A stretch of DNA of 62,480 bases from Vicinamibacterales bacterium (GTDB lineage Bacteria; Acidobacteriota; Vicinamibacteria; Vicinamibacterales; UBA2999): contig JBOGIR010000122.1 of the NCBI GenBank assembly GCA_050742335.1, forward strand, positions 1 to 62,480. The letters run 5' to 3'. This document shows, in pieces, positions 9,343-17,338 of the stretch. Positions within the stretch are counted from its first letter, which is position 1, and the number at the start of each line of letters is the position of its first letter. A model generated the notes under the pieces. That model was not told the origin of the DNA. It did no database searches and saw only the letters and a program-made list of their open reading frames with translations. Both the position numbers and the translations under genes were made by a program.

Positions 9343-9675
9343 TAGACCTCTGGCTCGGTTCTTGACATAGACCGAGCGGAGGTGTCCCATGGGAACACGA
9401 CTCAATGTGGGCAGAAGGTCGGAGTGGGGCGTCTTCAACCTGTCGTTGCTGGCATTGCAGGTGGACCCTGAGGCGTGGTGGCTGGCTTACCTGTGGGCGG
9501 CCTATCGGGAAAGAGTGTCGGCGAACGTTCGCGGACGTTCGGAGCCCAGTCATTTTGAAGGGTTCATCGTAGAGGACGGATCGCCATGACCTCATATCCG
9601 ACGGGTTCTCGAGAAGGGCGCTGATGGCTGGGTCGAGTCGTTCGACAGGTCCACTATGGCGCCGGCGCGTCCGGT

Positions 9676-11769
9676 CTACTTGAGGCCGCGTTCGATGAGC
9701 AGGGCGTCGGCCGAGGCGTCCCTGCCGCGGAACTCGCGATACATGGCGGCCGCCTCCCTGGTGCCCCCCCGAGACAACACCATGTCCCGGAAGCGCTGGC
9801 CGTTCTCGCGGGTCAATCCGCCACGCTCCTTGAACCAGTCGTAGGCGTCGGCGTCCAGCACCTGGCTCCAGAGGTATGAGTAGTAGCCCGCCGAGTAGGC
9901 CAGCATCCAGATGTGCTGGAAGTACCGTGTGCGGTACCGAGGCGGCACTTCGCGGACAGCCAGCCCGTGTTTTCGCAGGGCCGCTTCTTCGAATGCATCC
10001 ACGTCGGTGGGGATCGTGTCCGCGGTCAGCGCGTGCCATTCGAGATCGACAAACGACGCCGCGAGCTGTTCCGTGAGCGCATAGCCGCCGTTGAACAACC
10101 GGGCCCGATCGATCTTGTCCTTCAACGTGGCGGGCATCACGTCGCCAGTCCGGTAATGGCGGGCATAGTTCGCGAACACCGACGGTTCCATCGCCCAGTG
10201 CTCGTTGAACTGCGACGGCATCTCGACGAAATCGCGGGGCACACTGGTGCCGCTCAGCGACGGGTACCGGACATCCGAGAACAACCCGTGCATCGCATGG
10301 CCGAACTCATGAAACATCGTCCTCACCTGGTCGAGCGTGAGGAGCGCGGGGTTTCCGGCGGATGGCTTGGGGAAGTTGGCCACGTTGGTGACCACCGGCC
10401 TGGTCCCGAGCAGGTCTGACTGCACGCTCAGGGAATTCATCCATGCGCCGCCCTGTTTGCTGGGACGGGCGAAATAATCGAGGTACAGCAGGCCGAGCGC
10501 AGATCCGTCGGCGTGGGCGACGTCAAAGACGCGCACGTCCGGGTGATACGCCGGGATGTCCTGCCGCTCGCGGAACGTGATGCCATACAGCTTCGTCGCC
10601 GCGAAGAACACGCCATCACGAAGCACGCGGTCGAGCTCGAAGTACTGACGCACCTCGGACTCGTCGAGCGCGTAGTCCGCCCGGCGTACGATCTCCGCGT
10701 AATACTGCCAGTCCCACGGCTCGAGCGTTGCGCCGGGCAGATCCATCCGGAGCCTGACCTGCAGCCGTGCGGCCTCGTCGCGCGTGCGCGCGGTGGTCGC
10801 GGCGACCATCCCCCGCATCAGCGCCAGCGCGTTCTCCGGCGTCTTCGCCATCTGGTCATCAAGCGTGAACACCGCGTGCGTGGCGAAGCCCTGCAGCTGT
10901 GCACGGTCGGCGCGGAGCCGCGCCAGGCGGAGGGCCAGTGATGTCGTATCGTTCTCCCCGCTGGCGTTCCTGCTGGTCGAGGCCTTGAAGAGCCGTTCTC
11001 TCAGCGCGCGATTGCGGAGGTACGCCAGCGCCGGCTGCTGCGTCGTGTTCTGGAGCGGGAGGACCCACTGACCCTGGAGCCCCCGGGCCGCCGCCGCCGC
11101 TTCGGCCGCGGCGATGTCCTGCTCCGGCAGCCCGTCGAGCATCACCTTGTCGTCCACGACCACGGCGGCGGCATTCACCTCCGCGAGCACCTGCCGGCGG
11201 AAGGTGCTCACCAGCTGGGCGCGCTCCTGGTTGATGGCCCGCACCGAATCCTTGTCCGCGTCGGACAGCGCCGCGCCTGCGCGCACGAACGTCCGATAGC
11301 GCTCCTCGACGAGCCTGAGCTGCTCCGCGTCGAGTCCAAGCGTCTGCCGGCGGTCGTATATCGACTTCACGCGTGCGAACAACTCCGGGTTCAGATCGAT
11401 CGCGTCGCGCTGGGCCGCGAGCTTCGGGGAATACTCGGCGTCGATGGCCTGAATCGTGGCGTCGCTGTGCGCGCCGAGCAGGACGTTGAAGATGCGCTGC
11501 GTCTGGCGAAGCAGCGATCCCGATCGTTCCAGCGCTTCGAGGGTGTTGGCGAACGTCGGAGGCTGCGGCGCTGCTGCGATCTCCTGAACGTCGGCCAGTT
11601 CCTCCTTCATGCCCTGGTCGAATGCGGCACGAAAGTCGGCGCTGGCAATACGACTGAAGGGTGGCGCGCCATGCGGCAGCGGGCTGGGCTGCAGCAGCGG
11701 GTTGTCGCGCGCCGGCGGTTGCTGCGCAGCAGGATGGACGACAGGGAGCGCGCCGAGGATCAGAAGCAT
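9676..11769 (-). CDS. dcp: M3-family zinc metallopeptidase (peptidyl-dipeptidase Dcp / oligopeptidase A-like)
   Basis: Carries the HEFGH zinc motif ('MFHEFGHAMHGLF') and M3 length and architecture. The start is placed at the ATG giving 'MLLILGALPVVHPAAQQ'; the upstream part of the track ORF reads through a repeat. Confidence 0.85.
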   Translation of the reverse strand: MLLILGALPVVHPAAQQPPARDNPLLQPSPLPHGAPPFSRIASADFRAAFDQGMKEELADVQEIAAAPQPPTFANTLEALERSGSLLRQTQRIFNVLLGAHSDATIQAIDAEYSPKLAAQRDAIDLNPELFARVKSIYDRRQTLGLDAEQLRLVEERYRTFVRAGAALSDADKDSVRAINQERAQLVSTFRRQVLAEVNAAAVVVDDKVMLDGLPEQDIAAAEAAAAARGLQGQWVLPLQNTTQQPALAYLRNRALRERLFKASTSRNASGENDTTSLALRLARLRADRAQLQGFATHAVFTLDDQMAKTPENALALMRGMVAATTARTRDEAARLQVRLRMDLPGATLEPWDWQYYAEIVRRADYALDESEVRQYFELDRVLRDGVFFAATKLYGITFRERQDIPAYHPDVRVFDVAHADGSALGLLYLDYFARPSKQGGAWMNSLSVQSDLLGTRPVVTNVANFPKPSAGNPALLTLDQVRTMFHEFGHAMHGLFSDVRYPSLSGTSVPRDFVEMPSQFNEHWAMEPSVFANYARHYRTGDVMPATLKDKIDRARLFNGGYALTEQLAASFVDLEWHALTADTIPTDVDAFEEAALRKHGLAVREVPPRYRTRYFQHIWMLAYSAGYYSYLWSQVLDADAYDWFKERGGLTRENGQRFRDMVLSRGGTREAAAMYREFRGRDASADALLIERGLK

Positions 11770-11802
11770 GAACACCGCCGTTCTACCGCGTCTCAGCAGG
11801 CT

Positions 11803-11829
11803 GTGGCGAAACTCACCAAGGCGCCACGG
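11803..11829. repeat. half-copy (flank only) of the CACAGAGG-hairpin element
   Basis: GTGGCGAAACTCACCAAGGCGCCACGG matches the flank of the full element at 12881. Confidence 0.6.
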
Positions 11830-11833
11830 GCTG

Positions 11834-12841
11834 TTAGGGCTGCCGCGCGTAGCGGTAGCCCCCCGACACGTGAATTTCGACGACGTGGGTCGCCGGACCG
11901 TTGCCGTCGACGATGAATTGGTAGCCCAGCCCGCTTTCGAACAGCGTCTGGCTGCGTGGCACCAGCCGCTGCAGCTCGCCGCCGCCACTTGTGACGAACA
12001 ACCGGCCGTCCGAGAGCGATATCCGCGCCGTCCGCGGGTTCCCCTGATAGATCCCGCTATAAACGCCGGCGTACCGGGCCAGCACCTCAGGCGGCACGTG
12101 GACCGCCGTCTCCGTCGTGCGGGCGCTCCAGTGGTCGCTGCTGCGCTCGCACACCAACTCGAGCATCTCCGTATCGGCCGCCAGCGTCTTTTCCACCGTA
12201 TAGCTCCAGGGCTTCGCGTACGCGCCCGGATCGGTGACGGTCACTTCGATCTCCAGGTGGCCGAAGTCCCGGCGGCGGTAGCGCTCCCGCATCCGCAGCG
12301 CCTCGGTATGCGACAACCCGCGCCGGCTCACCCACGTCTTGTCGTTGAAGCCGACGCTGTCGACGACGAGCGTGTCACCGTCCCAGCGGCCCACCGAATA
12401 TCCCATCCAACTCGGAGCAGGGTTGGCTTCCAGCTCGCGACCGTCCATGAAGATCAGGCGATGGGTCAAGTCGTCGTTCAGGATGGCAATGGCGGTGGGT
12501 GTCTGGAGGACACGCTTCCAGCCCCCGAATTTCTCGGCCTCGGGCCCGTTCGGCAGACACCGGTACGCGGGACGCATCTTGAAGAACTCTTCCTGCTGCT
12601 GTCGGGCGAGGTCCCTGACCCCCGGCTTCATGTCGGTGGGGTCAGGCCGTGGCGCAGGATCTTCGCCGTTCCAGATCCCCGACAGATCCGGCTTGTCGTC
12701 GGGTCCGCGCGGCGCCGGCGCCATCAGGTTCGGCTTGCCATCGGCCGTGCGCGGGATGCCGGGCCAGGGACGATCCAGCCACTGAGCCGCCGCGGGCATC
12801 GTGCCTGCCACGAGAACAAGTGTCGCCAGAAACAGCTTCAT
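11834..12841 (-). CDS. secreted paralog-family protein with DUF3471-like C-terminal domain (array copy A1)
   Basis: The start gives 'MKLFLATLVLVAGTMPAAAQWLDRPWPGIPRTADGKPNL'. Shows 'WMGYSVGRWDGDTLVVDSVGFNDKTWV' and a C-terminal 'LARYAGVYSG...LVPRSQTLFE...QFIVDGNG'. Confidence 0.85.
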   Translation of the reverse strand: MKLFLATLVLVAGTMPAAAQWLDRPWPGIPRTADGKPNLMAPAPRGPDDKPDLSGIWNGEDPAPRPDPTDMKPGVRDLARQQQEEFFKMRPAYRCLPNGPEAEKFGGWKRVLQTPTAIAILNDDLTHRLIFMDGRELEANPAPSWMGYSVGRWDGDTLVVDSVGFNDKTWVSRRGLSHTEALRMRERYRRRDFGHLEIEVTVTDPGAYAKPWSYTVEKTLAADTEMLELVCERSSDHWSARTTETAVHVPPEVLARYAGVYSGIYQGNPRTARISLSDGRLFVTSGGGELQRLVPRSQTLFESGLGYQFIVDGNGPATHVVEIHVSGGYRYARQP

Positions 12842-12880
12842 ACGCCTCTCCGATTGTGTCGCCGTGTCGGTTAACAGGCT

Positions 12881-12997
12881 ATGGTGAAACTCACCAAGGC
12901 GCCACGGAGACACAGAGACACGGAGTCTTTTCCAGATGTTTTCTCTGTGCCTCTGTGCCTCTGTGCCTCTGTGGCCCTGCCGGGACTTGTGCCACGG
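12881..12997. repeat. CACAGAGG-type hairpin element (full copy, inverted orientation)
   Basis: Arms are GCGCCACGGAGACACAGAGACACGGAG and CTCTGTGCCTCTGTGCCTCTGTGCCTCTGTGGCCC around a T-rich loop. Fills the gap between A2 and A1. Confidence 0.85.
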
Positions 12998-13001
12998 GTT
13001 G

Positions 13002-14038
13002 TTAACGCTCCCGTGCGTACCGATAGGGGCCCGAGATGTGAACCTCCACGAGGGCGGTCGCGGCACCCGTACCGTCGACGATGAATTGATAGCCGAGTCC
13101 CAGCCCTTCGAACAGCGTCTGCGATTGCGGCACCAGCGGCCGCATCTCGCCGCCGTCGACGGCGGCGGAGCCGATCACTCTGGCGATCAGCTGGCCGCCT
13201 GAGAGCGAGACTTCGACGGTCCGCGGGCGTACCCCGTAGAACCCGCGGTAGACGCCAACGTACCGTGCCAACACGTCGGACGGAACGGTCACCGCCCTGC
13301 CTGCGGCATCCGAGAGGCTGCCGGCCCAGTGATCGCTGCTGCGTTCGCAGACGGCCTCGAGCATCTCTGTGTCGGGGGCCAGCGCCATGTTCGCCGTGAA
13401 TCCCCAGGGCTTCACGTACGCACTCGGATCGGTGTACGTGACCTCGATCTGCAGGTGGCCGACGTCCGTGCGGCGGTATCGCTCCGTCACCCGCAGCGCC
13501 TCCGTGTGCGCCTGCCCGTAGCGGCTCAGCCACGTCTTGTCGTTGAAGCCGTTGCTCTCGACGACGAGCGTGTCGCCCTCCCAGCGGCCCACGGAGTACC
13601 CATCCAGCTCGGCGCGGGCTCGGCCTCGAGCGCGCGGCCGTCCATGTGGATCAGGCGGTAGGTGAGGTCATCGCTCAGGATCGCGACGGCGGCCGGCGTC
13701 TGGAGGATGCGCTTCCATCCGCTGAATTCGTCAGCCTCGGGACCGCTCGGCCGGCACTGAAACGAGGGACGCCCTCTGTGGTACTCGCGTTGACGCTGAC
13801 GGACGAGGTCGTTGACCCACGGCTTCGCGTTGGCGGGGTCGAGGGGGGCCTCGGGATTCGGCCCGTTCCATATCCCCGTCAAGTCAGGCCTGCCGTCGGG
13901 CCCGCGCGGCGCCGGCGCCGTCAGGTTCGGCTTGCCGTCGGCCGTGCGCGGAATGCCTGACCAGGGGCGATCCAGCCATTGGGCCGCCGCCGGTATCGTG
14001 CAGGCCGCGAACATGATCGCCATGAGCAACAGCCTCAT
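13002..14038 (-). pseudogene. array copy A2, interrupted by a 1-nt deletion (two track ORFs 13002..13592 and 13526..14071)
   Basis: The N-terminal ORF ends its homology at '...APSWMG' and the C-terminal ORF resumes at 'GRWEGDTLVVESNGFNDKTWL'. At 13596-13605 the plus strand reads GTACCCATCC where paralogs read GTACCCCATCC. Confidence 0.75.
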
Positions 14039-14050
14039 AGGCCCCCTCCA

Positions 14051-14094
14051 ATTCGTGATTTGAAGCCGCAAATCATAAATCGCAAATCACGAAT
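14051..14094. repeat. hairpin ATTCGTGATTTG...CAAATCACGAAT built from AAATCNCN-type tandem units
   Basis: 12-bp perfect inverted repeat inside a low-GC tandem tract (aaatcataaatcgcaaatcacgaatcacaaatcgc). Lies between A3 and A2. Confidence 0.75.
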
Positions 14095-14117
14095 CACAAA
14101 TCGCATGATTCATCAGG

Positions 14118-15155
14118 TCACCGCTGCCGAGAAAACCGCCAAGGGCCTGATATGTGAATCTCGTCGACGCCGGTCGCGACGCCTTTGTCGTCGACGATGA
14201 ATCGATAGCCGAGTCCCAATCCATCGAACAGCGTCTCGGATTGCGGTACCAGCGGTCGAGACTCGTCGCCAGCGATGGTGCCGCCGACGACGATCTTGGC
14301 GATCAATTGGCTGCCAGAGAGCGATACTTCCACGGAGCGCCAGGTTTGCCCCCAAAAGCCATTGTAGACACCGACGTACCGCGCCAGCACGTCGGGCGCC
14401 ACGGTCACCGCCGAGTTGGCGGCATCCGAGACACTGCCGGGCCAGTGCTCGCTGCTGCGTTCGCAGACCGCCTCGAGCATCTCCGTGTCGGGCATCAGCG
14501 TCATGTTCGCCGTGATTCCCCACGGCTTCACGTACGCACCCGGATCGGTAAACGTGACGTCGATCTGCAGGTGGCCGAAGTCAGTACGCCGGAAGCGCTC
14601 CGTCACGCGCAGCGCCTCCGTGTGCGCCCGTCCGTCGGCGCTCAGCCACGTCTTGTCGTTGTAGCCGTTGCTCTCCACGACCAGCGTGTCGCCGTCCCAG
14701 CGACCCACGGAGTACCCCATCCAGCTCGGCGCGGGGTCGGCCTCCAGCACGCGGCCGTCCAGGTGGATCACACGGTGGGTGAGGTTGTCGTTCAGGATCG
14801 CCAGGGCGGCCGGTGTCTGGAGGATGCGCTTCCACCCGGCCCACCTGTCGGCCTCAGGTCCGCTCGGCCGGCACTGGAAGGACGGGCGCGCCCTGAAGTA
14901 GTCCCGGTGATGCCGTTGGACAAGGTCGTTGACCCACGGTTGTGCGTTGGCGGCGTCGTAGGCGGGGCGGGGAACCGGTCCGTTCCATATCCCCGTCAAG
15001 TCAGGCTTGCCGTCGGGTCCGCGCGGCGCCGGCGCCATCAGGTTCGGCTTGCCATCGGCCGTGCGCGGGATGCCGGCCCAGGGGCGATCCAGCCATTGGG
15101 CCGCCGCCGGCATCGTTCCGGCCGCGAGGATGAGCGCCGTGAGAAACAGCCTCAT
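14118..15155 (-). CDS. secreted paralog-family protein with DUF3471-like C-terminal domain (array copy A3)
   Basis: Shows 'MRLFLTALILAAGTMPAAAQWLDRPWAGIPRTADGKPNL', 'WMGYSVGRWDGDTLVVESNGYNDKTWL' and C-terminal 'LARYVGVYNG...LVPQSETLFD'. Confidence 0.9.
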   Translation of the reverse strand: MRLFLTALILAAGTMPAAAQWLDRPWAGIPRTADGKPNLMAPAPRGPDGKPDLTGIWNGPVPRPAYDAANAQPWVNDLVQRHHRDYFRARPSFQCRPSGPEADRWAGWKRILQTPAALAILNDNLTHRVIHLDGRVLEADPAPSWMGYSVGRWDGDTLVVESNGYNDKTWLSADGRAHTEALRVTERFRRTDFGHLQIDVTFTDPGAYVKPWGITANMTLMPDTEMLEAVCERSSEHWPGSVSDAANSAVTVAPDVLARYVGVYNGFWGQTWRSVEVSLSGSQLIAKIVVGGTIAGDESRPLVPQSETLFDGLGLGYRFIVDDKGVATGVDEIHISGPWRFSRQR

Positions 15156-15192
15156 AGCCCCTCCGTTTCTGCCTACTTGGTCCGTCTAACCA

Positions 15193-15236
15193 CCTTCGCC
15201 AAGGCTACGGTGGTCCGCCGTAGCTTTAGCGAAGGC
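15193..15236. terminator. imperfect 17-bp hairpin between A4 and A3
   Basis: CTTCGCCAAGGCTACGG-tggtccg-CCGTAGCTTTAGCGAAG, about 20 nt after the A4 stop on the coding strand. Confidence 0.45.
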
Positions 15237-15255
15237 GGAGCCGGACGCTACGTAC

Positions 15256-16299
15256 TCAACGCTGCCGCGCGAAGCGGTACGGTCCCGTGATGTTGATCTG
15301 CACGACGTCCGTCGCGATGCCTTTGTCGTCGACGATGAACTCGTAGTACAGGCCCGCGCCCTCGAAGAGCCTCTCCGACTGCGGCACCAGCGGCCGGATT
15401 TCGCCGCCGTCGACAAGGGCGCCGCCGATCACCCTGGCGATCAACTGGCCGCCCGAGAGCGTCACTTCGACGGTGCGCGCTCTCGACAGGTAGTTCCCGC
15501 TGTAGACGCCGACGTACCGCGCCAGCACCTCAGGAGGCACGGTCACCGCCCGGCTCGCGGCTTCCGAACGCGTGCCGGTCCAGTGATCGCTGCTGCGCTC
15601 GCAGATGGCTTCGAGCACTTCCGTGTCGGGCGCGAGCGCCATGTTCGCCGTGAATCCCCACGGCTTCGCGTAGGCACGCGGATCGGTGTACGTCACCTGG
15701 ATCTGCAGGTGGCCGAAGTCGGTGCGCCGATAGCGCTCGGTCACGCGCAGCGCTTCGGTGTGCGCCTGCCCGTAGCGGCTCAGCCACGTCTTGTCGTTGT
15801 AGCCGTTGCTCTCCACGACGAGCGTGTCGCCCTCCCAGCGGCCCACGGCGTACCCCATCCAGCTCGGCGCGGGCTCGGCTTCGAGCGCGCGGCCGTCCAT
15901 GTGGATCGTGCGATAGGTCTGATCGTCGTTCAGGATCGCGATGGCCGCCGGCGTCTGGAGGATGCGCTTCCACCCGGCAAACCGGTCGGACTCGGGCCCG
16001 CTCGGCAGACACTGGTACGACGGACGGTCCTTGTGGTAGTCGCGCTGCCGCTGGAGGACGAGGTCATGGACCCACGGCAGCTCGATGGTTGGGTCGGGAA
16101 GCGACTCGGGATTCGGCCCGTTCCACACGCCGGTGAGATCCGGCTTGCCGTCGGGTCCGCGCGGCGCGGGCGCGGTGAGGTTCGGTTTTCCATCAGTCGT
16201 GCGGGGAATGCCCGGCCAGGGACGATCCAGCCATTGGGCCGCCGCGGGCGTCGTGCCCACGACGAGGGCGAGCGCGGCGAGACACAACCTCATACACAC
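15256..16299 (-). CDS. secreted paralog-family protein with DUF3471-like C-terminal domain (array copy A4)
   Basis: Shows 'MRLCLAALALVVGTTPAAAQWLDRPWPGIPRTTDGKPNL' and 'WMGYAVGRWEGDTLVVESNGYNDKTWL'. The start may be 16293 instead. Confidence 0.9.
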   Translation of the reverse strand: MCMRLCLAALALVVGTTPAAAQWLDRPWPGIPRTTDGKPNLTAPAPRGPDGKPDLTGVWNGPNPESLPDPTIELPWVHDLVLQRQRDYHKDRPSYQCLPSGPESDRFAGWKRILQTPAAIAILNDDQTYRTIHMDGRALEAEPAPSWMGYAVGRWEGDTLVVESNGYNDKTWLSRYGQAHTEALRVTERYRRTDFGHLQIQVTYTDPRAYAKPWGFTANMALAPDTEVLEAICERSSDHWTGTRSEAASRAVTVPPEVLARYVGVYSGNYLSRARTVEVTLSGGQLIARVIGGALVDGGEIRPLVPQSERLFEGAGLYYEFIVDDKGIATDVVQINITGPYRFARQR

Positions 16300-16308
16300 C
16301 TTTCGACG

Positions 16309-17334
16309 CTACTTCTTGCGTGCGAACCGGAATGAGCCCGATATGTGAATCTCCACGAGCTCGGTCGCGGTTCCGCTATCGTCGACGACGAATTGATAGC
16401 CCAGCCCGATCCCTTCGAACAGCGTCTGCGTTTCCGGCACGAGCGGCCGTATCTCGCCTCCGTCGAGGAACGCAAAGCCAATGACCCTGGCGATCAACTG
16501 ACCGCCTGACAGCGACACTTCGATAGTACGGGGGCGTGTCCCATAGGCCCCGACATAGGTGCCGACATACCGGGCCAGCACCTCGGGTGGGACGGCCACC
16601 GGCGTGTCCAAACGGACCGACCAGTGGTCGGTGCCGCGCTCGCAGACGGATTCGAGCATCTCCGTATCGGCCGCCAGCGTCTTCTCCACCGTGAAGCCCC
16701 ACGGCCGCGCGTACGCACCCGGATCGCTGAAGGTGACTTCGATCTGCAGGTGGCCGAAGTCCGTGCGGCGGTAGCGCTCCGTCGCGCGCAGCGCCTCGGT
16801 ATGCGCCAGCCCTTCGGGGGTCAGCCAGGTCTTGTCGTTGAACCCGTTGCTCTCCACGACGAGCGTGTCGCCCTCCCAGCGCCCGACGGAGTAGCCCTGC
16901 CAGCTTGGCGCGGGATCGGCCTCCAGCTCACGGCCGTCCATGTGGATCACGCGATACGTGAGGTCATCGTCCAGGATGACGAGAGTGGCAGGCGTCTGCA
17001 GGATGCGCTTCCACCCGCCGAATTCGTCAGCCTCGAGCCCGCTCGGCCGGCACTGAAAGGAGGGACGCCCCCGATGGTAGTCCTGGTCACGTTGACGCAC
17101 GAGGTCGTTGACCCACGGCTGCGCGTTGGCCGGGTCGAGGAGGGGATCGGGAGTCGGCCCGTTCCAGATCCCCGTCAAATCGGGCTTGCCGTCGGGACCG
17201 CGCGGCGCGGGCGCGGTCAGGTTCGACTTCCCATCAGCCGTGCGCGGAATGCCCGCCCACGGACGATCCAGCCACTGGGCCGCGGCGGGGGTCGTGACCG
17301 CGACGAGCGCGAGTGCCGTGAGAAACAGCTTCAC
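16309..17334 (-). CDS. secreted paralog-family protein with DUF3471-like C-terminal domain (array copy A5)
   Basis: Shows 'MKLFLTALALVAVTTPAAAQWLDRPWAGIPRTADGKSNL' and 'WQGYSVGRWEGDTLVVESNGFNDKTWL'. Lies 9 nt upstream of A4. Confidence 0.9.
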   Translation of the reverse strand: MKLFLTALALVAVTTPAAAQWLDRPWAGIPRTADGKSNLTAPAPRGPDGKPDLTGIWNGPTPDPLLDPANAQPWVNDLVRQRDQDYHRGRPSFQCRPSGLEADEFGGWKRILQTPATLVILDDDLTYRVIHMDGRELEADPAPSWQGYSVGRWEGDTLVVESNGFNDKTWLTPEGLAHTEALRATERYRRTDFGHLQIEVTFSDPGAYARPWGFTVEKTLAADTEMLESVCERGTDHWSVRLDTPVAVPPEVLARYVGTYVGAYGTRPRTIEVSLSGGQLIARVIGFAFLDGGEIRPLVPETQTLFEGIGLGYQFVVDDSGTATELVEIHISGSFRFARKK

Positions 17335-17338
17335 ACCG

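Noticed and set aside
9362-9367. A perfect TTGACA hexamer upstream of small ORF 9389..9589 as its promoter.
   Set aside because: It lies only 22 nt before the ATG. There is no room for a -10 box plus the GGAGGTG RBS, so it cannot drive that ORF in the standard way.
12881-12997. Peptides such as 'GHRGTEAQRHRENIWKRLRVSVSPWRLGEF', 'VSLRLCGALVA' and 'ETQRHRE' at the N-termini of several track ORFs (11834..13066, 9676..11988, 33006..33263, 57571..57948).
   Set aside because: They are translations of the CACAGAGG hairpin repeats. The real starts lie downstream, where canonical signal peptides begin.
12869-13008. GTTAAC on both sides of the 12881 hairpin element as a possible target-site duplication.
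   Set aside because: It is seen at this one copy only; the other full copies (33143, 55016, 57571) lack matching flanks. It is likely coincidence.
13585-13615. Programmed ribosomal frameshift in A2.
   Set aside because: There is no X_XXY_YYZ slippery heptamer and no obvious downstream stimulatory structure. All five sister genes are single-frame. A simple 1-nt homopolymer deletion explains it.
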